From assembly GCA_035577965.1 (NCBI GenBank), contig DATJYX010000081.1, positions 11,726-75,725 of the forward strand: a stretch of 64,000 nucleotides of DNA, in the 5' to 3' direction. Below the pieces are notes generated by a model. That model ran no database searches. It was not told the origin of the DNA and saw only the letters and a list, made by a program, of their open reading frames with translations. Origin of the DNA: Vicinamibacteria bacterium. GTDB taxonomy: Bacteria; Acidobacteriota; Vicinamibacteria; Fen-336. Positions 8,521 through 17,678 of the stretch are shown one piece after another; within the stretch, counting starts at the first letter, position 1; each line of letters starts with the position of its first letter. The position numbers and the translations under genes are program-made.

Positions 8521-9519
8521 ATGAAGCGCACTGCATTCGTCGCGTTCGTGGGGGCGAGCCTCCTCTACTCGATCGCGAGCGCCGCTCCCCGTGAGCTGAA
8601 GATCGCCGTCGTCGCCAAGAGCTCGTCGAACTTCGTCTTCCTGCCCGCCCGCCGAGGGGCCGAGGACGCTGCGCAGGCGCTCTCCCGCACGCTCGGCGCC
8701 CGCATCGAGGTGGCCTGGCTGACCCCCGACCACGAAGACGCCGCGCTGCAGGCCGAGGCGGTCCGACAGGCGGTGAGCCAGGGGATGGGCGCGGTCCTGA
8801 TCGCCTGCTCCGAAGCCGGCACCCTCACCCCGGCGATCAACCAGGCGGTCGAGAGGGGCCTGGCCGTGATGACTTTCGACAGCGACGCCCCCGGCTCCAG
8901 GCGCTTCGCCTTCTACGGCGCCGACGACGCCGACGTCGGCGAGAAGGTGATGGCCGAGGTGGCCGGCCTGCTGTCCGGGCGGGGAAAGGTCGCCGTGCTC
9001 GCCGGCAATGCCGCCGCGCCCAACCTGAAGGCACGGGCCGACGCGGCGCGGCGGACGGCGGGCCGCTTCCCCGGCCTCGAGGTCGTCGAGGTGGTCCACC
9101 ACGTCGAGACGCCCCAGGACGCCGTGGCCGCGGTTCTCAAGACCGAGGCCGCCCATCCCGATCTCGCGGGCTGGGCGATGGTCGGAGGCTGGCCGCTCTT
9201 CCGCTCCAGCCAGAGCCTGGCCTTCATGGAAGACCTGAAGAAGCGCGGCCTCAAGGTGGTCGCGGTCGACGCCCTGCCCGAGCAGCTCAGCTACGTGGAT
9301 CGAGGGCTCGTGCCCGTGCTGTGGGCCCAGCCGACCTACCTCTGGGGCAAGGTCGGGGTCGAGTCCATCGTCGACAAGGTCCTCCTCGGGAAGACGGTGC
9401 CGGAGCGAGTCACGATGGACCTGGTGCGGGTCTCGCGCCAGAACCTGGGCTCGTGGTCGCGCCAGCTCAAGGGCTGGGGGTTCAGCGGCATCCCCGACGA
9501 GTATCTCCGGCTGGAGTAG
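8521..9519 (+). CDS. Periplasmic sugar-binding protein (RbsB/LacI-type SBP), orphan
   Basis: Signal peptide; VMTFDSDAP, FYGADDADVG, VLWAQPTYLWG patterns. Confidence 0.85.
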   Translation: MKRTAFVAFVGASLLYSIASAAPRELKIAVVAKSSSNFVFLPARRGAEDAAQALSRTLGARIEVAWLTPDHEDAALQAEAVRQAVSQGMGAVLIACSEAGTLTPAINQAVERGLAVMTFDSDAPGSRRFAFYGADDADVGEKVMAEVAGLLSGRGKVAVLAGNAAAPNLKARADAARRTAGRFPGLEVVEVVHHVETPQDAVAAVLKTEAAHPDLAGWAMVGGWPLFRSSQSLAFMEDLKKRGLKVVAVDALPEQLSYVDRGLVPVLWAQPTYLWGKVGVESIVDKVLLGKTVPERVTMDLVRVSRQNLGSWSRQLKGWGFSGIPDEYLRLE

Positions 9520-9643
9520 CCCCGACGGGACGGGTCGAGCATCCGCGCGGCGAGAGGCCGATCAGCGTGCTGAGGGCGAGGGCGGGGGGGACGTGCGCGG
9601 CCGAGCCGCCGCCCTTCGCCGCCCGCAGCGGCTCAAGGCGATC

Positions 9644-10582
9644 TCACTCGAAGCGCAGGCCGATCGTCTCTCCCACGGACCGCACCCGGTCGCGGGCCGC
9701 GTCGTACTCCGACTCGCTCGGGAGATGCTCGAGCATGAGGGGCGCGTCGGGGCAGTGGCGGCCGTGCTCGGAGAGGAAGACGGCGTAATCGATCGAGCCC
9801 TGGCCGACGCGGACCTCCCGGAAGTGGACGGCCATCTCCACGTCCCAGGTCAGGTCCTTGGCGTGCACGCTCGCGATGCGCGGGCCGAGCTTGGCGTAGC
9901 ACTCGCGGAGGAGGTCGCTCGAGCGGTAGTAGCGCTCCGGCGATTGGACGAGGTTGCAGGGGTCGAGGTGGACGGCGAAGGCCTTCCGCTCCACGGCCTT
10001 CAGCATCCGCAGGCACGCGTCGGGGCTGTCCGGGAGAGACCAGCCCATCATCTCGTAGCAGAAGGTGGTCCGCGTGGGCCGGACGGCGTCGAGGATCTTC
10101 CGGGCGTTCTCGACGGCGGCGTCGAAGAAACGGTCGGAGAGGTTGTCGGGGTGGGGGCCGAACCAGCTCGTTGGGCTGAACGACCCCGCAATGTCGACGC
10201 AGCAGCGCGCGCCCGCCGCCTCGGCGAGGGCGAGGCCGTCCGTGACCGTAGCGAGGTTCTTCCTTCGGGCCTCGGGGTCGGGATCGAGGAGGTTCACCCA
10301 GCGGCCGACCTCGGCGATCGCGACGTCGTGGCGGGCGAAGGCCGCGACCGTCGCCCGGATCCGCTCGCGGTCGTCGAGGCGGATCGTGGGACAGTAGGCG
10401 GCGCGGTAGCCCTTGGCGCGATGGGCCGCGGCGAGCGCCTCGGGATCGTCGCCGGGCACGGAGAGCGGCGCGCCGAGGCGGAGGCGGGCGGAGGGCGCCT
10501 CCGGGGCGGCGGTGGCGAAGGCGCCGGCCGCCGCGGAGCCGCAGGCGGCGAGGAACGTGCGGCGATCGAGGAAGGAGTGCAT
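9644..10582 (-). CDS. Sugar phosphate isomerase/epimerase (AP_endonuc_2 TIM barrel) with Tat-like signal
   Basis: DRRTFLAACG twin-Arg leader; EMMG, HLDPCN, HAKD, MLEH metal-ligand motifs; TAGAAT -10 at 10620-10625 (minus). Confidence 0.85.
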   Translation of the reverse strand: MHSFLDRRTFLAACGSAAAGAFATAAPEAPSARLRLGAPLSVPGDDPEALAAAHRAKGYRAAYCPTIRLDDRERIRATVAAFARHDVAIAEVGRWVNLLDPDPEARRKNLATVTDGLALAEAAGARCCVDIAGSFSPTSWFGPHPDNLSDRFFDAAVENARKILDAVRPTRTTFCYEMMGWSLPDSPDACLRMLKAVERKAFAVHLDPCNLVQSPERYYRSSDLLRECYAKLGPRIASVHAKDLTWDVEMAVHFREVRVGQGSIDYAVFLSEHGRHCPDAPLMLEHLPSESEYDAARDRVRSVGETIGLRFE

Positions 10583-10685
10583 GGCGCTTCTCCCGGAGCC
10601 GGCCGTCGCCGGCCGACGTATTCTACGGAGGAACCCCGCCGGCGGCTCGCGCGTTCTGGTTGTTACGGGTCCAGAAGGGGGAAGT

Positions 10686-11423
10686 ATGCGGCGAGCGCGA
10701 TCCCTGTTCGTGACGGTGTGGCTGGCGGGGTCGCCCTGGGCCCTGGCCGCGCAGGAGCCCGCTCCGGAGCCACCGCCCGCCACCGCGCCGGCGCCTCCTC
10801 CCGCCGCCGAACCGGCACCCCCGGCCCCGGCCCCGGCGTCCGACGCCGCGCCGCCCCCGGCCGTCACGGAGCAGCCGCCCGCGCCGGTCGGGGAGCGCCC
10901 GCCCGCGCCCGCCGCCGGGCCTCCGGGCCTGCCGAACCCCGCCCTGCCCGCCGACACCGAGATCACGATCGACAAGGGGACCCAGGTCGCGGCCGGGATC
11001 GGCTTCGGCGGCCCCATCGGCGCGGCGGCGAGCTTCAGGTTCCTGCACGGGCTCGGGGCCGACGTCCGCACCCACGACGACCGGGTGAAGGCCGTTTGCG
11101 CGCTGCCCATCCCGCACTGCGCGCAGGGATTCACGTTCCAGGCCGATGCCGGCACGGGCGGCGGCAAGCTCAGCCTGGGCGTCGGGGCGCGGGCGCACGT
11201 CGAGACGGATGGCTTCCACGGTACGGCGGGCGTCGGCCTCCGGCTCTCCCTCGCCCACACCTGGGGCCATCCGATCGGCACCGAGCCCGGCCTCACGTAC
11301 CTGGGTCCGGAGCTCGACCTCTCGGTCATCCGGGCGAACCTCACTCTGGGGGTGCTGTGGCGGGTGGCCGGCCAGGGAGGCTCGTCGGCTCTCTTCAGCT
11401 GGGGGCTCGGATTCGGCCTCTGA
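10686..11423 (+). CDS. Secreted Pro-rich protein with beta-strand-rich (outer-membrane-like) C-terminus
   Basis: Signal peptide, Pro/Ala tract, alternating amphipathic strands ending SWGLGFGL. Confidence 0.65.
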   Translation: MRRARSLFVTVWLAGSPWALAAQEPAPEPPPATAPAPPPAAEPAPPAPAPASDAAPPPAVTEQPPAPVGERPPAPAAGPPGLPNPALPADTEITIDKGTQVAAGIGFGGPIGAAASFRFLHGLGADVRTHDDRVKAVCALPIPHCAQGFTFQADAGTGGGKLSLGVGARAHVETDGFHGTAGVGLRLSLAHTWGHPIGTEPGLTYLGPELDLSVIRANLTLGVLWRVAGQGGSSALFSWGLGFGL

Positions 11424-11486
11424 ACCGGCCGCCCTTGACCCGGCCGCGGCCCGGGACGTAACGTGCCGCGCGTCCCTGGAGGTCGG

Positions 11487-11804
11487 ATGGCCGGGAGCCT
11501 GCTCGTCGTCCACGTCCACGCGCGCGTCAAGGCGGGAGCCGAGGAGGCGTTTCGCGCGGCCTCCCGCGCCAACGCGGAAGCCAGCCGTCGCGAGCCGGGC
11601 GTCGTCCGCTTCGACCTCCTCGCCGACCGCGAGGACTCGGGCCACTTCGTCCTCGTCGAGATCTACCGCGACGCCGCGGCAGCCACCGCGCACAAGGAGA
11701 CCGCCCACTACGCCGCCTGGCGCGACGCCGTGGCCGGCCTCATGGCCGAGCCGCGGAGGAGCGAGCGGTTCGTCAACCTCTCTCCCGGCGACGAGGGCTG
11801 GTAG
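11487..11804 (+). CDS. Antibiotic biosynthesis monooxygenase (ABM)/LsrG-like protein
   Basis: NAEASRREPGVVRFDLL...FVLVEIY...HKETAHY..WRD; promoter TTGACC-18-TAACGT at 11435-11464. Confidence 0.85.
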   Translation: MAGSLLVVHVHARVKAGAEEAFRAASRANAEASRREPGVVRFDLLADREDSGHFVLVEIYRDAAAATAHKETAHYAAWRDAVAGLMAEPRRSERFVNLSPGDEGW

Positions 11805-11811
11805 CGCGAGG

Positions 11812-12966
11812 GTGCGCTTCGAGTTCGCCACCGCGACCCGCATCGTCTTCGGCCCGGGCGCCGTCGCCGAGCTCGGAGCCGTCGCCTCGCCCCTCGGGCG
11901 CCGGGCGCTCCTCGTCACCGGCCGCTCGCCCGAGCGCGCGGAAGCCGCCTCCGGCGCCCTGACGGCGGCCGGCGTTGCGGTGGTTCCGTTCCCGGCCGTC
12001 GGGGAGCCGACGCTCGACACCGTCCGGACGGGAGTGGATGCGGCGCGCCGGGAGGGCGCCGACCTCGTCGTCGCCTGCGGGGGCGGGAGCGCGATCGACG
12101 CCGGCAAGGCCGTCGCGGCTCTCCTCGCCAACGGCGGCGATCCGCTCGACTACCTGGAGGTCGTCGGCCGGGGAAGGCCGATCGAGCGGCCGTCGCTGCC
12201 GTTCGTCGCCGTCCCGACCACCGCCGGTACCGGGTCCGAGGTGACTCGCAACGCCGTCCTCGCCTCGCCGGAGCACGGCGTGAAGGCGAGCCTGCGCAGC
12301 CCCCTCATGCTGGCCCGGGCCGCGATCGTGGACCCCGACCTGCTCGTCGGCCTCCCGCCCCCCGTCGTGGCCGCGGGTGGCCTCGACGCGCTCGCCCAGC
12401 TCGTGGAGCCGTTCGTCTCCGTCCGCGCCAATCCCCTGGTCGACGCCCTCTGCCGCGAAGGCCTCGCCCGGTCCGCCCGGTCGCTACGGCGGGCCTTCGC
12501 CGGCGACGCGGCCTCGTCCGTCCGCGTCGACCTCGCGCTGGCGAGCCTCTTCGGCGGGCTGGCCCTGGCCAACGCCGGCCTCGGCGCGGTGCACGGCATC
12601 GCGGCGCCCGTCGGCGGCCTCTTCGACGCGCCCCACGGCGCGGCCTGCGCGGCCCTCCTCCCCGCAGTCCTCCGCGTGAACCTCCGTGCCCTCGCGGAGC
12701 GCCGGCCGGGGAGCCCCGCTCTCGCGCGATACCGCGAGGTCGCGGCAATCCTCTCTGGCCGGTCCGAGGCCGAGGCGGCGGACGGCGTCGCCTGGGTCGA
12801 GGCGCTCGTGCGCGAGCTTTCGGTCCCCGGCCTCTCGCGCTGGGGAGCGACCGAGGCGGACGTCGACCGCGTCGTCGCCAGGGCGCGCTCGGCGAGCAGC
12901 ATGAAGGGGAACCCGATCGAGCTGGACGACGGCGAGCTGGCGGACATCGTCCGGGCGTCCCTCTAG
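11812..12966 (+). CDS. Iron-containing alcohol dehydrogenase
   Basis: GGGSAIDAGK, VPTTAGTGSEVT, IVDPDL, GLGAVHGIAAP, HGAACA. Confidence 0.9.
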   Translation: MRFEFATATRIVFGPGAVAELGAVASPLGRRALLVTGRSPERAEAASGALTAAGVAVVPFPAVGEPTLDTVRTGVDAARREGADLVVACGGGSAIDAGKAVAALLANGGDPLDYLEVVGRGRPIERPSLPFVAVPTTAGTGSEVTRNAVLASPEHGVKASLRSPLMLARAAIVDPDLLVGLPPPVVAAGGLDALAQLVEPFVSVRANPLVDALCREGLARSARSLRRAFAGDAASSVRVDLALASLFGGLALANAGLGAVHGIAAPVGGLFDAPHGAACAALLPAVLRVNLRALAERRPGSPALARYREVAAILSGRSEAEAADGVAWVEALVRELSVPGLSRWGATEADVDRVVARARSASSMKGNPIELDDGELADIVRASL

Positions 12967-13072
12967 CCTGCGTCAGCCTCGCGGCCCGCGTCGGCGGCAT
13001 GAGCCGTCCGGGCGCCGCTCGACGAGCCGGGCGGGTTAGACTGGGGCTCACCCCGTCGTCGGGGAGGGCCAC

Positions 13073-13885
13073 ATGGTGCGGGCGCTCGCAGTCTTCCTGC
13101 TGGTCGGGTCGGGGAGCGCCGTGGCCGCAGCCGAGGAGCCGTACGGCCTGCCGCTCTCCGGCGAGGCCGCCGAGACGTTCCTGCGGACGGCCCGGCTCGT
13201 GAGCAGGAGACCGCTCGGCCGCGGGATCACGCACTCCGAGCAGTACACGCTCGACGACGGGACGAGGACCTGCAAGGCCGTCCGGAAAACGATCGACACG
13301 TTCAAGCGGGGCGTCACGAGCCTCGAGGGGGGCGGGGTCTACGTCGACTTCACGGACTCCTGGAAGAACGAGGTGGCCGCCTACGAGCTCGACAAGCTGA
13401 TCGGGACAGGCCTCGTGCCTCCGACCGTCGAGCGCACCTTCTCCGGGACGAAGGGGTCGCTCCAACTCTGGGTGGAGGGGGCGATGACGGAGGCCGAGCG
13501 CATCCGGAAGAAGCTCACTCCGCCCGACCCGCATGCCTGGAACGAGCGGATGTACGCGGTGCGGCTGCTGCACCGGCTCGCCTTCGACACCGACTACCGC
13601 AACCTCACCAACCTCATCCTGGACCCCTCGTTCCGGGTCTACGCGATCGACTTCTCGCGGGCCTTCCTCCACTACAACGACCTGCTTGCCGAGAAGGAGC
13701 TCACCCGGTTCTCCCGCTCTGCCCTCGAGGGCCTGAGGGCTCTCGACCGGCCCCTCCTCGACGCGAAGCTCGGCCGTTGGCTCAACGGACCGCAGATCGA
13801 AGGCGTGCTCAAGCGGCGGGACAAGATCCTCGCCCTCGCTGCGCGGCGCGTCCAGGAGCAGGGGGAAGGGGCGGTCCTGTACTGA
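13073..13885 (+). CDS. Secreted stand-alone atypical kinase-fold protein (PI3/4K- or HipA-like)
   Basis: Signal peptide; KAVRK, NEVAAYELD, LVPPTVER, GSLQLW, DYRNLTN, IDFSRAF. Confidence 0.7.
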   Translation: MVRALAVFLLVGSGSAVAAAEEPYGLPLSGEAAETFLRTARLVSRRPLGRGITHSEQYTLDDGTRTCKAVRKTIDTFKRGVTSLEGGGVYVDFTDSWKNEVAAYELDKLIGTGLVPPTVERTFSGTKGSLQLWVEGAMTEAERIRKKLTPPDPHAWNERMYAVRLLHRLAFDTDYRNLTNLILDPSFRVYAIDFSRAFLHYNDLLAEKELTRFSRSALEGLRALDRPLLDAKLGRWLNGPQIEGVLKRRDKILALAARRVQEQGEGAVLY

Positions 13886-13989
13886 GGGGAGCGGGGTCCG
13901 AGAGGCCGAGAGGGCCGCCGGTTCGAGCCCCTGCCGGCGGTAGAATCGGCCCAACGGGAGGAGGCGGGCCGGCCGCCCGAAGTCCGAAC

Positions 13990-16900
13990 GTGCGAACCGC
14001 AGGCGTGGCGTGGCTCCTGCTGCCCGCGGGCCTCTTGCCCCTTCAGGCGCCTGCCCCATCGCCTCCGCGCTTCCCGGCGGCCGTCGAGCAGGTCGTCGTG
14101 GACGCGGTGGTCCTCGACGAGCGCGGCGCCGCCGTGACCGGCCTCTCGCGCGACGACTTCCTCCTGGCCGAGGACGGCGCTCGACAGGAGATCGCGAGCT
14201 TCGAGGCCGTGGACCTCGGCCCGCGGACGGCCGGCGCGCCGCCGGCCGCGCATACCGGTGCGCCCTCGGCATCGAGCGTCGTTCCTCCGTCCCCCGGTGT
14301 GCGGCGCACGGTGTTCATCGTGTTCGACGACCTCGGCCTCACCGCGCCCCAAGGCGAGCGGGCGCGGGCGGCGGTGGCCGACTTCGTGAAGACGGGAGTC
14401 GGAGGCGGCGACCAGCTCGCCCTCCTGTCCACGAGCGGCCGGGATCGCTGGGTGGCGCGCACCGAGGAGGAGACGAAGGACCTCCTCGAGGTGGTGGCGC
14501 GCCTGCGGGGTCTCGCGGTGCCCGACGCCTTGGCGGAGCGGATGACCGACGAGGAGGCCTACCGGATCCACGTGGAGCGAGACCCCGGGACGGCGGAGCG
14601 GGTGGCCGAGCGATACCGTGCGGCCGGGGCAACGATGGGGCGAGCGCTCGGAGAGCTGGTGAGCGCGAACGCCGGCGCGGCGTACCGGCGGTCCTCCGTC
14701 CGGGCGCAACAGGCGCTCGCCACCCTCGAGCGCTCCGCGCGGTCCCTTCAGGGGGTGCGCGGCCGCAAGGCGCTCGTCCTCGTCTCGCCCGGCTTCTTCC
14801 TGGAGCCGGGGGCCGGAGCGGCCCGCGGCGTCCTCGAGGCCTGCCGCGAGGCCAACGTCGCCGTCTACGTCCTCGGCGCCTCCGGGCTCGACGCGATCCC
14901 GGCGGACCTCGGCACCCCGTCGCCGTTGCCGTTCCGACTGCTCGAAGGCCAGCCGCCGGCGGGGGCGCCGGGTGCGGAGCAGGAAGCCCTGGCGGATGCC
15001 TTCCCGACGCGGGACCGCGCCGCCACCGCTGGGTCCGACGGCGTCGCGGAGGACACGGGCGGCTTCGTGGTGCGCGGCACGAACGACCTCGCCGGCGGCC
15101 TCCGCCGGATCGCGGAGGACTCGCGGGCCTACTACCTCCTGGGCTACGTCTCGACGAACCTCGCCCGCGACGGCCGCTTCCGGAAGATCACCGTCCGGCT
15201 CTCGCCGGGCGCGGGTGCGAGCCACGGCGCGCGGAGAGTCCGGGCCCGCCGGGGCTACTACGCTCCGACCGAAGGGGAGCCTGTGCGGACGACGGACCCC
15301 GCCGAGGAGATGCGACGGGCTCTCGATTCGCCCGCCGACCGGAGCGAGCTTCCCGTGCGGCTCGCTGCCACCCTGCTCGGGGACTCGACGAAGACGCCGG
15401 GCGCGGTCCGGTGTCTCCTCGTGGCGGAGGTGGACGCACGGGCAGGAACGTTCGAGGCCCGACGGCAGGGGGACGCCGGCCTCGACGTCGCCTTCGAGAC
15501 CCTCCCCCGGACCGGGGGCGACGGCGAGCGGGCGCTGAAACGGGTGAAGCCGGTGGCGGGCATTCCCGCCGGCGACTCCCTCCGCGTCGAGCAGGAGGTG
15601 GCGCTCGCGCCCGGTGTCCATCGTGCGACCGTGGCGGCTCGCGACGCGGCCTCCCACCGGTCCGGCAGCGCCTCCGTGCGCGTGGACGTGCCCGCGATCG
15701 GCACGTTCCGCATCTCCCCGCCGGTCGTGTCCGCCGCGGGCGATGTCAGGTCGAAGGAGCGTCCGACGCCGGCCGGGCGTCGCACGTTCGCCTCGGGCGA
15801 CCGCGTCCGGGTCGCGTTCGAGATCTACGGCGCGCACGGCGATCCGGCATCCGGCCGGCCGCGTGTGTCGGTGGCCTGCGCGGTCGTGTCCGCGGGCGCC
15901 TCCGCGGCGTCGCGGGCGACGCTCACGCCCGTCGCCTCGGACCCGGCGTCGCTCCAGCGTTTCGTGGAGTTCGAGCTCACCGGCGTCGCGGCCGGGGACT
16001 ACATGTTCCTCGGCCGGGTCGTGGACGAGGTCGCCGCGCGCCCGCTGACGTTCGCCGAGCCCTTCGCGGTGACGGCGGCGGAGAGGCGGCCCGCCGATGC
16101 TCCGGCAACACGGGCGACGAGCGACCCCGAGCTCGCCGCCCTGCTGGAGAAGGCGGGCCGCTACGTCGTCGAGTACGAGGACGCGTTCCACGACATCGCC
16201 GCCGAGGAGGAGTACACCCAGCACGCGCCGTTGGGGACGTTGCCCTCCTCGATCCGGCCGGGAATGAGCCGTACCGGGTCGGTCGCGAGCTCCGCGAGCC
16301 CCACCGGCGATGGGCTGGGACCCGATTGGCGCCGGACCCGGGCCGACGTCGTGTTCGCCCGGCTCGCACCGCCCTTTCCCTGGGCGACGTTCCGGGACGT
16401 GTACGAGGTGAACGGCACGCCGGTGCGAGACCGCGACGGACGTCTGGAGCGGGCCTTCCGCGAGAGCCCCGGCACCGCCGTCGCGCGGGCGGAGGCCATC
16501 CTCGCCGAGAGCGCCCGCTACAACATCGGGCCGCAGCGCACGATCAACCTCCCCACGCTGCCCCTGCACTTCCTCCATCCCGCGAACCAGGCGCGTTTCG
16601 CGTTCACGCGCGAGCGAGGGGGGAAGGGCAGCGCGGGCGTGGAGGTCGCGTTTCGCGAGGAGGCGCGGCCGACGATGATCCGCGGGATCGCCGGGTCGGA
16701 GCTCGACGCGATGTCCCGTACCGCGCAGGACGGAGGCGACCTGCCCGCCGAGGGAAGGTTCTGGATCGACCCGCACCAGGGCACCATCCTGCGAAGCGAG
16801 GTCCGCTTCCGGTTCGCCTTCGACGCGACGGCCACGATCGCGACCACGTACCGGGCCGAGCCGAAGCTGGCCGTGTGGGTCCCGGTCGAGATGAAGGAGC

Positions 16901-17013
16901 GATACGAGGGGGGAGGGTTCGGCGACGGCACCGACGCCGTCGCTCGCTACACCCGGTTCCGGAAGTTCCAGGTCACGGTCGAGGAGGGTGACGTCCGCCT
17001 CCCGCCGCCGTGA
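13990..17013 (+). CDS. VWFA-related acidobacterial domain protein with additional C-terminal domain
   Basis: VVVDAVVLDERGAAVTGLSRDDF..EDG..QEI.SF; VFDDL; GRKALVLVSPGF; YYLLGY; RVRARRGYY; second domain with FWIDP..G.ILR and ARYTRFRKF; TAGAAT at 13941-13946. Confidence 0.82.
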   Translation: MRTAGVAWLLLPAGLLPLQAPAPSPPRFPAAVEQVVVDAVVLDERGAAVTGLSRDDFLLAEDGARQEIASFEAVDLGPRTAGAPPAAHTGAPSASSVVPPSPGVRRTVFIVFDDLGLTAPQGERARAAVADFVKTGVGGGDQLALLSTSGRDRWVARTEEETKDLLEVVARLRGLAVPDALAERMTDEEAYRIHVERDPGTAERVAERYRAAGATMGRALGELVSANAGAAYRRSSVRAQQALATLERSARSLQGVRGRKALVLVSPGFFLEPGAGAARGVLEACREANVAVYVLGASGLDAIPADLGTPSPLPFRLLEGQPPAGAPGAEQEALADAFPTRDRAATAGSDGVAEDTGGFVVRGTNDLAGGLRRIAEDSRAYYLLGYVSTNLARDGRFRKITVRLSPGAGASHGARRVRARRGYYAPTEGEPVRTTDPAEEMRRALDSPADRSELPVRLAATLLGDSTKTPGAVRCLLVAEVDARAGTFEARRQGDAGLDVAFETLPRTGGDGERALKRVKPVAGIPAGDSLRVEQEVALAPGVHRATVAARDAASHRSGSASVRVDVPAIGTFRISPPVVSAAGDVRSKERPTPAGRRTFASGDRVRVAFEIYGAHGDPASGRPRVSVACAVVSAGASAASRATLTPVASDPASLQRFVEFELTGVAAGDYMFLGRVVDEVAARPLTFAEPFAVTAAERRPADAPATRATSDPELAALLEKAGRYVVEYEDAFHDIAAEEEYTQHAPLGTLPSSIRPGMSRTGSVASSASPTGDGLGPDWRRTRADVVFARLAPPFPWATFRDVYEVNGTPVRDRDGRLERAFRESPGTAVARAEAILAESARYNIGPQRTINLPTLPLHFLHPANQARFAFTRERGGKGSAGVEVAFREEARPTMIRGIAGSELDAMSRTAQDGGDLPAEGRFWIDPHQGTILRSEVRFRFAFDATATIATTYRAEPKLAVWVPVEMKERYEGGGFGDGTDAVARYTRFRKFQVTVEEGDVRLPPP

Positions 17014-17109
17014 CGCCGGCAGCGGGAGTGCGGACTCCACAGTCGAAGCTCGTCCTGCCCTTACATCCTGCGTAACCGAGTTACGCCGGTCGTCGGCGGA
17101 TGTCCCGGC

Positions 17110-17532
17110 TCAGTAGCCTCCTCCGCCGCCGCTCGAGCCCCCGTTGAGGCTCGCCACCATGCCCGGGTGGAACATGCAGTGGTACTTGAGGGCGGTTGTG
17201 TTGGAGATGGTGATGGCCTTGCTCGTGGCGCCGGCAGGGATCGGTCCCGTGTCGAAGGTGCCGCCGTCCTGCGTCGCCGAGTGGCTCACGGCGTCGGCGT
17301 TCTTCCACGCGACCGTCTGTCCCGCCTGGACCGCCACGCTGTTGGGAGAGAACGACATGCCGGCGATGGTGATCACCACGTCCGCACCGGCCGGGCTCGG
17401 CGCCGGCGTCGGCGCCGAGGGCGCCGCGGGATTGCCGCCGCCGTACCCGCCACCGCCTCCTCCGCCCCCGCAGCTCACCATCAGCATGCCGGCCGCGAAT
17501 GCGGCAAGGCTCCCGGCGCGACCTTTCGACAT
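17110..17532 (-). CDS. Plastocyanin/cupredoxin-like lipoprotein
   Basis: Lipobox LMVSC; FSPNSV.V..GQTV.W.N.D..SH; type-1 Cu motif YHCMFHPGM. Confidence 0.88.
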   Translation of the reverse strand: MSKGRAGSLAAFAAGMLMVSCGGGGGGGGYGGGNPAAPSAPTPAPSPAGADVVITIAGMSFSPNSVAVQAGQTVAWKNADAVSHSATQDGGTFDTGPIPAGATSKAITISNTTALKYHCMFHPGMVASLNGGSSGGGGGY

Positions 17533-17614
17533 GATCGATCTCCTCCCTCCGCCCACCTCTGCGGCTCTGCTCGTCGTCGCTCGGGCTCCGAGAGGTTGGG
17601 CTGCCCCGTCGATG

Positions 17615-17630
17615 TGCAAGGGCAGTGCCT
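17615..17630 (-). promoter_or_regulatory. sigma54 (-24/-12) promoter of the cupredoxin gene
   Basis: Reverse strand AGGCAC-TGCCC-TTGCA: GG-10nt-GC spacing with CAC and TTGCA consensus. Confidence 0.65.
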
Positions 17631-17678
17631 TTGGACGACGCGGCCGACTCGCCGGAACCGGCAGCCGAAGAGACGCGG

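Noticed and set aside
13672-17040. Very long antisense and alternate-frame ORFs (e.g. 13672-17040, 43016-46681, 18586-20964, 39507-41756)
   Set aside because: They are Arg/Gly/Pro-rich shadow frames of real genes, expected in very GC-rich DNA, with no recognisable motifs.
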